The notes under the pieces are model-generated. The model made no database searches, was not told the DNA's origin, and worked only from the letters and a program-made list of their open reading frames with translations. The translations under genes were made by a program, and so were the position numbers. From an uncultured Sphingomonadales bacterium (GTDB taxonomy: Bacteria > Pseudomonadota > Alphaproteobacteria > Sphingomonadales > Sphingomonadaceae), in assembly GCA_902826325.1 (NCBI GenBank), contig CADEEK010000002.1, forward strand, positions 1-50,383: DNA of 50,383 nt, given 5' to 3'. Positions 10,438 to 21,264 of the stretch are shown here, in pieces. Positions within the stretch are counted from its first letter, which is position 1; each line of letters begins with the position of its first letter.

Positions 10438-12282
10438 TTACAGCCCCAGCGCGCGGGCGCCCCAATAGGTCGCGCCCGCGGCGATATAGGCGAGCGCGAA
10501 CAGATAGACGATCATCACCATCGGCCATTTCCAGCCGTTCGTCTCGCGCCGCGCGACCGCGATGGTCGACAGGCATTGCGGCGCGAACACGAACCAGGCG
10601 AGGAAGGCGAGCGCGGTCGGCAGCGACCAATGCGCCGAAAGCTGGGTGCCGAGCGCCTGTGCGCCCGCTTCCTCATCCTCGGCATCGATCGCATAGACGG
10701 TCTGCAGCGCCGACACCGCGACCTCGCGCGCGGCCATTGCCGGGATTACCGCCAGGCTCATTTCATGGTTGAAGCCGATCGGGTGGAGCACGACTTCCAG
10801 GCCCGACGCGATCCGTCCGGCGACCGAATATTCGCTCTGTTTCTGCCCCTCCGGCGCGACCGGGTAAGAGGCGAGCAGCCACAGCGCCACGGTAACGCCC
10901 ATGATGATCGTGCCCGCGCGGCGCAGGAAGATCCAGGCGCGCTGCCACAGGCCGATCAGCACGTCGCGCACCGACGGCAGCTGATAGCGCGGCATTTCCA
11001 TCATGAACCCGCCGCTTTTGCCCCGCGTCACCGTCTTGCGCAGCACCAGCGCGGCGAGCACCGCGCCAATGATGCCGAACAGATAAAGGCCGAGCAGCAC
11101 CAGCCCCTGCAAGCCGACCCCCGGCAGCACGTCGCGCGCCGGAATGAACGCGCCGATGATCACGGCATAGACCGGCAACCGCGCCGAACAGGTCATCAGC
11201 GGCGCGATCAGGATCGTCGTCAGCCGCTCCCTGGGATCGTCGATCGAGCGCGTCGCCATGATGCCGGGGATCGCGCAGGCGAAGGAGGAAAGCAGCGGGA
11301 TGAAGGCGCGGCCCGACAGGCCGACCGCCGCCATCATCCGGTCCATCAGCAACGCGGCGCGGACCATATAGCCGGTCGCCTCCAGCATCAGAATGAAGAA
11401 GAACAGGATGACGATCTGGGGCAGGAACACCACCACCGATCCGACGCCGTTGATGACGCCTTCGACCAGCAGGTCGCGCAGGAAGGAGGGGGGCAGCACG
11501 CCGGCCTGTTCGGCAAGCCAGCCCTGGGCCGCCTCGATCCAGCCGATCGGCGCCTCCGACCAGGCATAGACCGCCTGGAACATGACGAACAGTATGGCGA
11601 GCAGCACCAGCGGCCCCGCCACCGGGTGCAGGACAACGCGATCGACCGCGCGGGTGAAGGCGCGGGTCACCGATTGTTCGACCACCGCGATCGCCGCCAG
11701 CCGCCGTGCCTCGCGCTGGAAATGCGTGATTTCGGCGTCGATCGCGTCGGGCACCGGCGTCCGGGTGCCGGTGAGCACGTCGACCAGCGCCGCGCGCAGA
11801 TGATCGAGGCCGCGTTTGCGCACCGCCACGGTTTCGACCACCGGCACGCCCAGCGCCGATGCCAGCGCGGCGGTATCGATCCGCAGGCCGTCGCGCGTCG
11901 CCATGTCGATCATGTTGAGCGCCAGCACCATCGGGCGCCCGAGCTGTTTGAGCTGCAGCACGAAGCGCAGATGGTTTTCGATGTTGCTGGCGTCGGCGAC
12001 CACGATCAGCGCATCGGGCAGCCGTTCGCCAGACTGGCGTCCCAGCACGACGTCGCGCGTCACCTGTTCGTCGGGGCTGGACGGATCGAGGCTGTAGGTG
12101 CCGGGCAGGTCGACCAGTTCGACCGGGCGCCCGTCGTCCAGCACCAGCCGTCCCGAATGCCGCTCGACCGTGACGCCCGGATAATTGCCGATCTTTTGCC
12201 GCGCGCCGGTCAGCGCGTTGAACAGCGCGGTCTTGCCGGCATTGGGATTGCCGACCAGTGCGACGAGCGGTGACGGGTTCAT
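10438..12282 (-). CDS. feoB: Ferrous iron transporter B
   Basis: [28 protein letters not shown] GTPase motifs plus membrane domain with CSARLPVY. Confidence 0.96.
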   Translation of the reverse strand: MNPSPLVALVGNPNAGKTALFNALTGARQKIGNYPGVTVERHSGRLVLDDGRPVELVDLPGTYSLDPSSPDEQVTRDVVLGRQSGERLPDALIVVADASNIENHLRFVLQLKQLGRPMVLALNMIDMATRDGLRIDTAALASALGVPVVETVAVRKRGLDHLRAALVDVLTGTRTPVPDAIDAEITHFQREARRLAAIAVVEQSVTRAFTRAVDRVVLHPVAGPLVLLAILFVMFQAVYAWSEAPIGWIEAAQGWLAEQAGVLPPSFLRDLLVEGVINGVGSVVVFLPQIVILFFFILMLEATGYMVRAALLMDRMMAAVGLSGRAFIPLLSSFACAIPGIMATRSIDDPRERLTTILIAPLMTCSARLPVYAVIIGAFIPARDVLPGVGLQGLVLLGLYLFGIIGAVLAALVLRKTVTRGKSGGFMMEMPRYQLPSVRDVLIGLWQRAWIFLRRAGTIIMGVTVALWLLASYPVAPEGQKQSEYSVAGRIASGLEVVLHPIGFNHEMSLAVIPAMAAREVAVSALQTVYAIDAEDEEAGAQALGTQLSAHWSLPTALAFLAWFVFAPQCLSTIAVARRETNGWKWPMVMIVYLFALAYIAAGATYWGARALGL

Positions 12283-12527
12283 TCGGCGGCGACCGCGACC
12301 TCGATCGCCTCGGCGACATGGCGGCGCAGCGCCACCGTCATCCGCCCGATGCGCACCGCGGCGGGACCGCCGAACCGGCCGCCGGGCTTGATCAGTTCGA
12401 CCTCGACCCCTTCGTCCAGCCCGAATTCGCGCAGTCGGCGCGCCTCGGCCGGGTCGAGCGCGGCCCAGTCGACCGAGGCGACGATGCCCGCGGTGTTGCG
12501 CGCGGAACGGGCGAGCGAGAGACTCAT
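12279..12527 (-). CDS. feoA: Ferrous iron transport protein A
   Basis: [14 protein letters not shown]...[13 protein letters not shown]; overlaps the feoB start; exact start uncertain. Confidence 0.88.
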   Translation of the reverse strand: MSLSLARSARNTAGIVASVDWAALDPAEARRLREFGLDEGVEVELIKPGGRFGGPAAVRIGRMTVALRRHVAEAIEVAVAAE

Positions 12528-12546
12528 AATGCGAGCGATTATCAAT
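12528..12546 (-). promoter_or_regulatory. Putative Fur box
   Basis: Minus strand ATTGATAATCGCTCGCATT, a 19-bp imperfect palindrome resembling alphaproteobacterial Fur boxes, abutting the feoA ATG. Confidence 0.7.
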
Positions 12547-12663
12547 AACGACCGGTCATTGCCAGCATTATCGCATGACGGCGCGATTTTGCGGCGCACA
12601 ATGGTTGCAAATCGGGCGTGTATCGCGCACCCGCTGGCCTTTCCCTATCGCAGCCAAGTGACC

Positions 12664-14241
12664 ATGACCGACAACCAGCTTCGCGACGCCGCCCTATCCG
12701 CAAAGGCATGGCCCTATGAAGAGGCGCGGCGGCTGCTCAAACGCTATGCCAATGGCGCGCCCGCCAAGGGCCATGTGCTGTTCGAAACCGGTTATGGCCC
12801 GTCGGGGTTGCCGCATATCGGCACGTTCAACGAAGTGCTGCGCACGACGATGGTGCGCCATGCCTTTGCCACGCTGTCCGATATTCCGACGCGGCTGATC
12901 GCGTTCAGCGACGATATGGACGGGTTGCGCAAGGTGCCGGACAATGTGCCGAACAAGGCGATGCTGGCCGAACATCTGGGCAAGCCGCTGACGCGCATTC
13001 CCGATCCGTTCGGCAAATATGAAAGCTTTGCCCATCATAACAATGCGATGCTGCGCCAGTTTCTCGACCGGTTCGGCTTCGATTACGAATTCGCGTCGTC
13101 GACCGATTATTATGAGGGCGGCAGGTTCGACGATGCGCTGAAGAATGTGCTGCGCAATTATCAGGGCATCATGGACGTGATGCTGCCGACGCTGCGCGCG
13201 GAGCGGCAGGCGACCTATTCACCGGTATTGCCGGTCAGCCCGAAATCGGGCGTGGTGTTGCAGGTGCCGGTCGAGGTGCTGGACGCCGAAACCGGCATGA
13301 TCGCCTTTGTCGATGAAGGCGAGCGAATCGAACAGACGATCCTGGGCGGCAAGGCCAAGCTGCAATGGAAGGTCGATTGGGCGATGCGCTGGGTCGCGTT
13401 GGGCGTCGATTACGAAATGGCGGGCAAGGATCTGATCGATTCGGTGATCCAGTCGAGCAAGATCGCGCGCGTGCTGGGCGGCCGCCCGCCCGAAGGGTTC
13501 AATTACGAGATGTTCCTCGACGAAAAGGGCGAGAAGATCTCGAAATCCAAAGGCAATGGCCTCAGCCTCGACCAGTGGCTGACCTATGGACCGGACGAGA
13601 GCCTTGCCTTTTACATCTATCGCGAGCCCAAAAAGGCCAAGGCGCTGCATATGGGCGTGATCCCGCGCGCGGTGGACGATTACTGGCAGTTCCGCGCCAA
13701 TTACGCGAACCAGCCGGTCGAACAGCGGCTCGGCAATCCGGTCCATCATATCCATAATGGCGAGCCGCCCGCCGAAACGCTGCCGGTGACGTTCGGCCTG
13801 TTGCTCAACCTGGTCGGGGTGATGGGCGAGGCGAGCAAGGAACAGGTGTGGGGCTATCTTGCCAATTACGTCCCCGATGCGACGCCGGAGAAACACCCGG
13901 CGCTCGATGCGCTGATCGGCTATGCACTCGCCTATGGCCGCGATTTCATCGCGCCGACATTGGTGCGGCGCGCGCCCGTGGGAGTCGAGGTCGCGGCGTT
14001 GCGTCGGCTCGACGCCGAACTGGCCGCGCTGGCGGCGGATACGGCGGCGGAGGATATTCAGAACATCGTCTATGAAATCGGCAAGACCGGCGGCTTTGAC
14101 GAGCTGCGCGACTGGTTCAAGGCGCTGTATGAAACGCTGTTGGGATCGAGCCAGGGGCCGCGCATGGGCAGCTTCATCGCGCTTTACGGCATCGCCAACA
14201 GCCGCGCCCTGATCGCCGACGCGTTGGCCAGGGCGGAATAG
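12664..14241 (+). CDS. lysS: Lysine--tRNA ligase, class I
   Basis: [13 protein letters not shown] (HIGH-like), KISKSKGN (KMSKS-like), GPRMGSFI. Confidence 0.96.
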   Translation: MTDNQLRDAALSAKAWPYEEARRLLKRYANGAPAKGHVLFETGYGPSGLPHIGTFNEVLRTTMVRHAFATLSDIPTRLIAFSDDMDGLRKVPDNVPNKAMLAEHLGKPLTRIPDPFGKYESFAHHNNAMLRQFLDRFGFDYEFASSTDYYEGGRFDDALKNVLRNYQGIMDVMLPTLRAERQATYSPVLPVSPKSGVVLQVPVEVLDAETGMIAFVDEGERIEQTILGGKAKLQWKVDWAMRWVALGVDYEMAGKDLIDSVIQSSKIARVLGGRPPEGFNYEMFLDEKGEKISKSKGNGLSLDQWLTYGPDESLAFYIYREPKKAKALHMGVIPRAVDDYWQFRANYANQPVEQRLGNPVHHIHNGEPPAETLPVTFGLLLNLVGVMGEASKEQVWGYLANYVPDATPEKHPALDALIGYALAYGRDFIAPTLVRRAPVGVEVAALRRLDAELAALAADTAAEDIQNIVYEIGKTGGFDELRDWFKALYETLLGSSQGPRMGSFIALYGIANSRALIADALARAE

Positions 14242-14335
14242 CGCGCCGCCCGCGCGATCCGCGCCCGCACGACCTGCCTGCCCGCCCCGTCCGACCGCCC
14301 CACGGTCGGCGGAAGCCGTCATATGCAATCAGGGC

Positions 14336-14362
14336 TTGACATATGTCATGCTTCCATGACAT
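14336..14362 (+). promoter_or_regulatory. -35 hexamer with adjacent palindromic operator
   Basis: TTGACA (14336-41) followed by ATGTCATG-cttc-CATGACAT (14343-62) upstream of an XRE regulator. Confidence 0.6.
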
Positions 14363-14407
14363 TTAGTCAGCATAGGGCGACAAAATATCAGGTGTGCGCG
14401 ACGTAGA

Positions 14408-14614
14408 ATGCGAAACAGGTTGAAGGTTCTGCGCGCCGAACGCGACTGGAGTCAGGCGGAGCTTGGCGGCCGACTGGGCGTGTCGCGACAGGCGGTGAAC
14501 GCGATCGAGACGGGGAAATATGATCCCTCGCTCCCCCTCGCCTTTCGCATCGCGCGGATGTTCGACCTGTCGATCGAGGAGATTTTCGATGATGGCGAAG
14601 GCGATGGCAACTGA
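14408..14614 (+). CDS. XRE/Cro-C1 helix-turn-helix regulator
   Basis: MRNRLKVLRAERDWSQAEL...VSRQAVNAIETGKYDPSLPLAF. Confidence 0.93.
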   Translation: MRNRLKVLRAERDWSQAELGGRLGVSRQAVNAIETGKYDPSLPLAFRIARMFDLSIEEIFDDGEGDGN

Positions 14615-15020
14615 ACGCAGCGGTCTGGCGGCGCGGGCGCGGCGGCTGCGGCTGTTCGTGATCTGTGGCGTGCTGGCGGGTATCGGCGGGGTCATCGGCT
14701 TTTTCTCCGCCATGTTCGAGCGCGATGGCGGCGGCTTTCTGGACGGTATCCCGGCGATCTGGGCGATCGTGGCGTCGATCGTCACGGTGCTGGCCATCGT
14801 CATCGGCGGCTGGCGCTATCATGTGGCGACCGATGAGCTGGACCGGCGCGACAGCCTGTGGGCATCGGCAATGGCGATGAACGTCTATCTGCTATTCTAT
14901 GCCTGCTGGTATTTCTGGTGGAAGGGCGGGGTGACGCCCGAGCCGAGCCACGAAACGGTCTTTATCGTCACGCTTGCGGCGCTGTTGCTCGCTTATGGCT
15001 ACAAGAAGATCCGACCCTGA
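14604..15020 (+). CDS. Hypothetical 4-TM membrane protein
   Basis: Overlaps the XRE stop; four hydrophobic stretches with a DELDR motif. Confidence 0.7.
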   Translation: MATERSGLAARARRLRLFVICGVLAGIGGVIGFFSAMFERDGGGFLDGIPAIWAIVASIVTVLAIVIGGWRYHVATDELDRRDSLWASAMAMNVYLLFYACWYFWWKGGVTPEPSHETVFIVTLAALLLAYGYKKIRP

Positions 15021-15047
15021 TTCACCCCCTTTGTACTGGAGGTTTGC

Positions 15048-15965
15048 ATGACCAATTTACTGTTGCGTGCGGGCACCGCGATCGCCCTGTTGTTCGCCGC
15101 GCCCGTTGCGATCGCGCAGGCGGCTGACGCGCCTGCGGCTGCGGCCGCAACCACCGATGCCGATCCCGCCTTGTGGGTGGTGAAGGATGACGACACCACC
15201 ATCTATCTGTTCGGCACCGTCCATGTGCTGAAGCCGGGGCTGAGCTGGTTCGACGAGGCGGTGCGCAAGGCGTTCGATGCCAGCGGCGAGCTGGTGACGG
15301 AAATCGGCGGCTCCCCCGACCCGGCGGCGATGCAGCCGCTGATCCTGAAATATGGGATCAACATGAGCGGCCCGTCGCTGACCGAAAAGCTGCCCGAGGC
15401 CAAGCGCGCCGCCTTTGCCAAGGCGGTGGCGGAGATGGGCGTGCCGTTGCAGGCGATCGACCGGTTCGACCCGTGGCTGGCCGCGACGCAACTGACGATG
15501 GTGGCGGTCGCCAAGCTGGGTTACGATCCCGCCAGCGGGGTCGAGGCGTTGCTGACCGCCGCGGCCAAGGAAAGCGGCAAGCCGCTGTCGGGCCTTGAAA
15601 CCGTCGAGGAGCAGCTGAGCTTTTTCGATTCGATTTCGGAACCAGCGCAGATCGCCTTTCTGGTCGAAACGCTCGATCAGCTGGATCAGGCGGGGCCGAT
15701 GCTCGACACCATGGTCGCCGAATGGGCGAAGGGCGATGCCGAGGGGCTGGCGGCGGTGATGAATGACGGGCTGAAGGCTGCGCCGGAACTGGCCAAAGTG
15801 CTGCTGGCCGATCGCAACGCGCGCTGGGCCGAATGGATCGAAACGCGGCTGGCCAAGCCGGGCGTGGTGTTCGTCGCGGTCGGCGCCGGGCATCTGGCGG
15901 GCAGCGAGAGCGTTCAGGCCTTTCTGACCAAACGCAAATTGACCGCCGAGCGCATCGAATATTGA
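15048..15965 (+). CDS. TraB/GumN family exported protein
   Basis: Signal peptide; PALWVV..TTIYLFGTVH, GLETVEEQ, RNARW, VAVGAGHL. Confidence 0.9.
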   Translation: MTNLLLRAGTAIALLFAAPVAIAQAADAPAAAAATTDADPALWVVKDDDTTIYLFGTVHVLKPGLSWFDEAVRKAFDASGELVTEIGGSPDPAAMQPLILKYGINMSGPSLTEKLPEAKRAAFAKAVAEMGVPLQAIDRFDPWLAATQLTMVAVAKLGYDPASGVEALLTAAAKESGKPLSGLETVEEQLSFFDSISEPAQIAFLVETLDQLDQAGPMLDTMVAEWAKGDAEGLAAVMNDGLKAAPELAKVLLADRNARWAEWIETRLAKPGVVFVAVGAGHLAGSESVQAFLTKRKLTAERIEY

Positions 15966-16017
15966 GCGGCACGGGTGTTCCGGCGGCACGGCAACGGACC
16001 GTGGCGCCCGACCCGCC

Positions 16018-16776
16018 CTAGAAGAGCGAGGGTTCGCGCGCGGCGCGCGGGGTGAGCGGATCGCCCCGGCGCCGTCCCCGTTCCACTTCGGCGGTATAGC
16101 GGATGTCGATGTCGCGATCGTGGAGAAAGGCGTCGAGCGCGTCGTCATCGACCTCTCGCCATTCCTTGCCGCGATAGGGGCCGTAGCGCACGCGCGGGAG
16201 CAGGCCGGGCAGTTTCGACCATGCGACCAGCTGTTCGACGCCCGCTTCGTTGAGCATGTCGCGCAGATGGAAGGCGGTGACATAGGCGTCGGGAAAGGCG
16301 CGGTGCGCGGGCAGGCCGCGTTCATGGTCCAGCCCCGGCGGGTCGCGATAATAGCGCAGGAACTGGTTGGAAAAGCCGGGGGTATCGGGCCACAGGCGCA
16401 GCGCGCATTTCCAGGTGCAGATCCAGTCGGCGCCGCGCGTCAGTGCCGGGGTGCAGAATTGTTCTTCGAAACTCGCCCGGTGCGCCGCCAGCGCCACGCG
16501 CGGCGGCCAGGGGTTGAGGATCGGGCGCGCGACATCGTGCCACCAGGGGGCGTCGGCGACATCCTGATCGCGGATATGATGGACCGCCATGGTCAGCGGC
16601 GGGATCGGGCGGCCCGGGTTGACGAGGCGGCTGCCGCCGTCTCCCTCCAGGTCCCAGTTGCCGTCGGCGCCCTGTGCCACATCCTGCCAGCCGATCTCGC
16701 ACACGCCGTGCTGATCCGGGGTGGTGCCGGTGGTTTCGAGGTCGATGACGCGGATGATCTGGGGGGTGGCGGCCAT
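16018..16776 (-). CDS. DEDDh 3'-5' exonuclease (exonuclease X-like)
   Basis: VIDLETTG, VHHI, AHRASFE, HRAFPDAYVT. Confidence 0.85.
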   Translation of the reverse strand: MAATPQIIRVIDLETTGTTPDQHGVCEIGWQDVAQGADGNWDLEGDGGSRLVNPGRPIPPLTMAVHHIRDQDVADAPWWHDVARPILNPWPPRVALAAHRASFEEQFCTPALTRGADWICTWKCALRLWPDTPGFSNQFLRYYRDPPGLDHERGLPAHRAFPDAYVTAFHLRDMLNEAGVEQLVAWSKLPGLLPRVRYGPYRGKEWREVDDDALDAFLHDRDIDIRYTAEVERGRRRGDPLTPRAAREPSLF

Positions 16777-17001
16777 GCCCCCATTTGGGGGTGAAGGAAG
16801 GAAAAAGCCAGCGGGGGCGGGCGCTGGCGCGCGAATGAAGCGTATTGTTCGCGGGGAGGCGCGGAGGCGCGAAAATGTCGTTGAGCCGCGTCAGCAGCTC
16901 ATCCTTGTCGACGTTCGCCGCTTGCGGTCACGTTACGAAGATTGAATGCGCTTCGCGCCACAACCCCATATCGTCGCGCCGCTGCGCCCCCGCTTGAAAG
17001 A

Positions 17002-18384
17002 TCAATGCGCGGCCTGCGGTCCGCGTTCCAGACCGCTGGCTGCAAGCTGTGCGTCGATCATCGCCAGCAGCCGGTCGAGCGCGTCCTGACTGCGCGCTTC
17101 GGCGCGGGCGACCAGCACGTCCTGGGTGTTGGATGCGCGCAGCAGCCACCAGCCATCGGGGGTGTTGACCCGCGCGCCATCGGTATCGTTTACATCGGCG
17201 CCCTCGGCCTTGAGCCGCGCCAGCACTTCATCGACCACCGCGAACTTGCGGCTTTCATCGACCTGAAAGCGCATTTCGGGCGTGTTGACGAAAGCGGGCA
17301 TGGCGCCGCGGATCGCGCTCATCGACTGGCCGATCAGATGGACGGCATTGATGAGTTGAACGGCGGCATATTGCGCGTCGTCGAAGCCGTAATAATCCTG
17401 GGCGAAGAAGATGTGCCCGCTCATTTCCCCCGCCAGCGGCGAATGGGTTTCCTTCATCTTGGTTTTGACGAGCGAATGGCCGGTTTTCCACATCAACGGT
17501 TCGCCGCCAAGTTCCGCGACCCGGTCGAACAGCATCTGTGACGCCTTTACGTCGGCGATGATCGTCGCGCCGGGCGCCTTTTTGAGCACGGGTTCGGCCA
17601 ATATGGACAGAAGCTGATCACCCCAGATCACCCGCCCTTCCCCGTCGATCGCGCCGATCCGGTCGCCGTCGCCGTCGAAAGCCAGTCCGAAATCGAGCTT
17701 CTTGTCCGCGACGAGCGCCTTGAGGTCCGCCAGATTCCTTTCTTCGGTGGGATCGGGGTGATGGTTCGGAAAATTGCCGTCAATATCGGTGAACAGCGTG
17801 TGATGCTCACCCGGCAGGAGCTTGACGAGCTTCTCGATCACCTCGCCGGCGGCGCCGTTGCCGGCGTCCCAGCCGATGCGGAAGCTGCCGCCCGCATAGC
17901 CGGCGAACAGCCGCCCGACATAATCGTCGAGAATATCGGCGTCGCCGACGCTGCCCGACCCGGTTTCCCAGTCGCCGCTTTGCGCAAGGCGGCCGATTTC
18001 CTGAATGTCCTGGCCGAAAAAGGGGCGGTGCTGAAACACCATCTTGAAGCCATTATAATCGCCGGGATTATGGCTGCCGGTTATCTGTATGCCGCCATCC
18101 ACTTCTAGCGTCGCTTCGGCATAATAGAGCATCGGCGTCGGCCCCAGGCCGACCCGCACGACGTCGCAGCCCGATGCGGTCAGCCCCTCGACCAGCGCCG
18201 CCTCCAGCATCGGCGAGGACAGGCGCCCGTCGCGGCCCACCGCCACGCGATGCCCGCCCGCGCGGCGCAGCAGTGTCGCAAAGCCACGCCCGATCGCGCG
18301 CGCATCGTCCAGCCCCAGCGTCTTTCCGACGATCCCCCGAATGTCATATTCGCGCAGTGACGTCGGATCGAAACGATGGGTCAT
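17002..18384 (-). CDS. pgmG: Phosphomannomutase/phosphoglucomutase
   Basis: REYDIRG, TGSHNP, FDGDGDR, GEMSGH, LRASNT. Confidence 0.93.
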   Translation of the reverse strand: MTHRFDPTSLREYDIRGIVGKTLGLDDARAIGRGFATLLRRAGGHRVAVGRDGRLSSPMLEAALVEGLTASGCDVVRVGLGPTPMLYYAEATLEVDGGIQITGSHNPGDYNGFKMVFQHRPFFGQDIQEIGRLAQSGDWETGSGSVGDADILDDYVGRLFAGYAGGSFRIGWDAGNGAAGEVIEKLVKLLPGEHHTLFTDIDGNFPNHHPDPTEERNLADLKALVADKKLDFGLAFDGDGDRIGAIDGEGRVIWGDQLLSILAEPVLKKAPGATIIADVKASQMLFDRVAELGGEPLMWKTGHSLVKTKMKETHSPLAGEMSGHIFFAQDYYGFDDAQYAAVQLINAVHLIGQSMSAIRGAMPAFVNTPEMRFQVDESRKFAVVDEVLARLKAEGADVNDTDGARVNTPDGWWLLRASNTQDVLVARAEARSQDALDRLLAMIDAQLAASGLERGPQAAH

Positions 18385-18434
18385 GATACCTCCGGAAATT
18401 GTCTGCCCCCAAATCGCGGTAGTAGGGAAAAGTT

Positions 18435-18743
18435 TCAACCGTGCGTTTTGCGCAGCAGCCGGTCGCGTGCGATATTGACCTGGCGCGTCAGTTCGGGCGA
18501 GCCGCCCCGATCGGGATGCACGCTGGCGATCAGGCGGCGGTGCGCGGCGCGGATTTCATCCGGGCCCGCATCCTGGCCGACGCCCAGGATCGCCCGCGCC
18601 TCGGCGTCTTCGGCGGGGATCGCGGCGGTCGGCACCGGCGGCGATGCGGGTCGCGCGGTGCCGGGCAGCGGGCGGCCCCAGCCATGCCATAGCCGCCAGC
18701 CGAGCCACGCGATCACGACACCGACGGCGAATTTGAACAGCAT
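18435..18743 (-). CDS. Small membrane-anchored J-domain protein
   Basis: N-terminal [10 protein letters not shown]...HPDRGGS...NIARD. Confidence 0.88.
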   Translation of the reverse strand: MLFKFAVGVVIAWLGWRLWHGWGRPLPGTARPASPPVPTAAIPAEDAEARAILGVGQDAGPDEIRAAHRRLIASVHPDRGGSPELTRQVNIARDRLLRKTHG

Positions 18744-18754
18744 CGGCGGGCGCC

Positions 18755-19579
18755 TCAGGCGAACAGCGGCATGGTGGTCGCCGTTTCCGGCAATGCCAGC
18801 CCCGCCATCATTTCGCGCAGTTCCTGGCGCGCGGCGACATGCGCCAGCCCCATTTCGCCGAATTCGCGGCTGTCGAGCATGGTCAGCCCCTTGGGAAACA
18901 ATTCGCGATAGATCACCCGTTCGGACAGGCCGGGGATGACGCGGAAGCCGACCCGCTTGGCCAGCTGATCGATCGCGGCGGACACGCGCTTCATATTGCG
19001 CGCCTCAATATGTTGCATGCGGTTGCGCAGGACGACCCAGTCGATCGTCGCGCCATCGGCCTTGGCCCGACGTTTGCGCGAATCCCAGATCAGTTCGGAA
19101 TAGAAGCTGGGCCGCACCACCTTGAAACTGTCGGGATCGACCTGACCGATCAGGTCGAAATCGACGAAACTGTCGTTCATCGGCGTGACCAGCGTGTCGG
19201 CATTGGTGATGGCGATGCGCCCGAACCTGTCGTCGCGCCCCGGCGTATCGACGATCAGGAAATCGCTGTCCTGCCCCAGCCGTTCGAGCGATTCGGAAAA
19301 GCGCGCGACATTTTCGCCGTCATGCGTTTCGAACCGCGGCATCGGCAGGTCGCGGCCGGTGCGTTTGATCGTTGCGAGCCGGTTGTCGAAATAGCGGCCC
19401 ATCGTGCGCTGGCGATGATCGAGATCGAGGCAGGCGACCCGTGCGCCCTTGGCCGCCAGCGCGATCGCGGTATGGACGGCGGTCGTCGACTTGCCGGTGC
19501 CGCCCTTTTCATTGGCGAAGACGATAACATGCAACGAATTGGGCGCTTCCGTCACCGACAGACTTCCTCGATTGATCAT
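18755..19579 (-). CDS. mipZ: Division plane positioning ATPase MipZ
   Basis: ANEKGGTGKST, DLDHRQ, TPMNDSFVDFD, ERVIYRELFPKGLT; start uncertain. Confidence 0.92.
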   Translation of the reverse strand: MINRGSLSVTEAPNSLHVIVFANEKGGTGKSTTAVHTAIALAAKGARVACLDLDHRQRTMGRYFDNRLATIKRTGRDLPMPRFETHDGENVARFSESLERLGQDSDFLIVDTPGRDDRFGRIAITNADTLVTPMNDSFVDFDLIGQVDPDSFKVVRPSFYSELIWDSRKRRAKADGATIDWVVLRNRMQHIEARNMKRVSAAIDQLAKRVGFRVIPGLSERVIYRELFPKGLTMLDSREFGEMGLAHVAARQELREMMAGLALPETATTMPLFA

Positions 19580-19634
19580 GGGGGCCGCCCCCCATAGAAG
19601 GCCCGCTCCGTTCCATATCCAAGGCGTTATCCCC

Positions 19635-20474
19635 GTGCAAACCGTCCGTCAGCTTTCCGACCTGCGCGATGCCATTTCGGGATTCAGGGCGGCGGGCGAG
19701 CGGGTTGCGTTCGTGCCGACGATGGGCGCGCTGCACGCGGGGCATATGGCGCTGGTCGCCGAGGCGCGGCTGGCGGCGCCGCGCGTCGTGGTGTCGATCT
19801 TCGTCAATCCCAGACAGTTCGGGCCGAACGAGGATCTGGCGACATATCCGCGCAAGGAACAGGCCGATGCCCGGATGCTGACCGATGCGGGGGTCGATTT
19901 GTTGTGGCTGCCGCCCGTGGAGGTCATGTATCCGCAGGGCCATTCGACCAATATCGCCGTGTCCGGGGTCAGCGAGCCGCTGGACGGCGCGGCGCGGCCG
20001 GGGCATTTCGACGGCGTGGCGACGGTGGTGGCCAAGCTGTTCAACCAGGTGCAGCCCGACATCGCGCTGTTCGGCGAAAAGGATTTTCAGCAGCTTGCCG
20101 TGATCCGCCGGATGGTCGCGGACCTGGATTTCGACATCGATGTGCGCGGGGTGGCGACGCAGCGCGACGATGACGGCCTCGCCCTCTCCTCGCGCAACGC
20201 CTATCTCGCGCCACAGGATCGCGCCGCGGCGGTGGCGCTGCCGCGCGCGCTGGGCGTGGCGGCGCGGGCGATCGAGCGGGGCGAGGATGTCGATACTGCC
20301 CTCGCCACGGCGCGCGCATCGCTGAGCGCGGCGGGATTTACCGTGGATTATGTCGAGCTGGTCGATGCGGCGACGCTGGGCAACTGGGTCGCGGGGCAGT
20401 CGTGCCGGTTGCTGGCGGCGGCGCGGATCGGCGGGACGCGGCTGATCGACAATGTCGCGGTCGGCGCGGGCTGA
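19635..20474 (+). CDS. panC: Pantoate--beta-alanine ligase
   Basis: GTG start; FVPTMGALHAGH, RPGHFDGV, FGEKDFQQ, LSSRN, RLIDN. Confidence 0.96.
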   Translation: MQTVRQLSDLRDAISGFRAAGERVAFVPTMGALHAGHMALVAEARLAAPRVVVSIFVNPRQFGPNEDLATYPRKEQADARMLTDAGVDLLWLPPVEVMYPQGHSTNIAVSGVSEPLDGAARPGHFDGVATVVAKLFNQVQPDIALFGEKDFQQLAVIRRMVADLDFDIDVRGVATQRDDDGLALSSRNAYLAPQDRAAAVALPRALGVAARAIERGEDVDTALATARASLSAAGFTVDYVELVDAATLGNWVAGQSCRLLAAARIGGTRLIDNVAVGAG

Positions 20475-20595
20475 ACGAAAATTCGCACGAGAAATTTTTC
20501 GGCCCGGTGCGACAGACAATGTCGTTAACCATTTGCTTACCATGTTGCCCCACTTTCGATCGCATGAAGACACCGATCGAAAGTGGGGCAATATC

Positions 20596-20892
20596 ATGGG
20601 CAACAGTCTTAAGAGCGCACAGTTCCTGATCGACAGCCGTCTCGCCGATGTGGCGCGCGGCAATGCCGATGCGGCATATGAACTCGGCATGGTCTATTCG
20701 AGCGGCGCGGCCGGAATCGATGTCGACCTGATCGAAGCCCATAAATGGTTCAACATCGCCGCGCTGAAAGGCAGCGACCGCGCCTGTGAAATGCGCGCCG
20801 AAGTCGCCGAGGACATGACCGCGCGCGAGATTATCGAGGCGCAGAAACAGGCCCGCGCCTGGTTGCAGACGACGACGTTGCGCGCCGCCTGA
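20596..20892 (+). CDS. Small Sel1-repeat protein
   Basis: GNADAAYELGMVYSSG..DLIEAHKWFNIAALKG. Confidence 0.85.
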   Translation: MGNSLKSAQFLIDSRLADVARGNADAAYELGMVYSSGAAGIDVDLIEAHKWFNIAALKGSDRACEMRAEVAEDMTAREIIEAQKQARAWLQTTTLRAA

Positions 20893-20940
20893 GCCGGTTC
20901 AGATCCACAGCAGTGCGGGGTTGCGCGACCGGTTGTCGCG

Positions 20941-21016
20941 TGGTGCCCGGGGACGGGATCGAACCGCCGACACTGCGATTTTCAGTCGCATGCTCTACCA
21001 ACTGAGCTACCCGGGC
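20941..21016 (-). tRNA. tRNA-Phe(GAA)
   Basis: 76 nt GCCCGGGTAGCTCAGTTGGTAGAGCATGCGACTGAAAATCGCAGTGTCGGCGGTTCGATCCCGTCCCCGGGCACCA; encoded CCA. Confidence 0.98.
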
Positions 21017-21069
21017 CCGTCCGGCCGAGCCGGGGACATTTGCGCCAGCGATTGCTGGAAGCGGCGCTA

Positions 21070-21264
21070 TTAGTCGCGGCGTTCGTCGCTGTCCAGCCCG
21101 CTTTGCGCGCCCGTCGCATCGTCCGGGTCGATCGCGGCACCGGGCAGCCGATAGCCCTCGCCCAGCCATTGCAACAGATCGCGATCCTTGCAGCCGCGCC
21201 CGCAAAAGGGCTTGAACGCCGAATCGGTCGGCTTGCCACAGATCGGGCATTGGTCGCTTTTCAT
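21070..21264 (-). CDS. yacG: DNA gyrase inhibitor YacG
   Basis: CPICGK...PFCGRGCKDRDLLQWLGEGY. Confidence 0.92.
   Translation of the reverse strand: MKSDQCPICGKPTDSAFKPFCGRGCKDRDLLQWLGEGYRLPGAAIDPDDATGAQSGLDSDERRD

Noticed and set aside
20893..21069. tRNA-Phe as an island integration site
   Set aside because: No duplicate of the tRNA 3' end noticed and no integrase; both flanks are core genes
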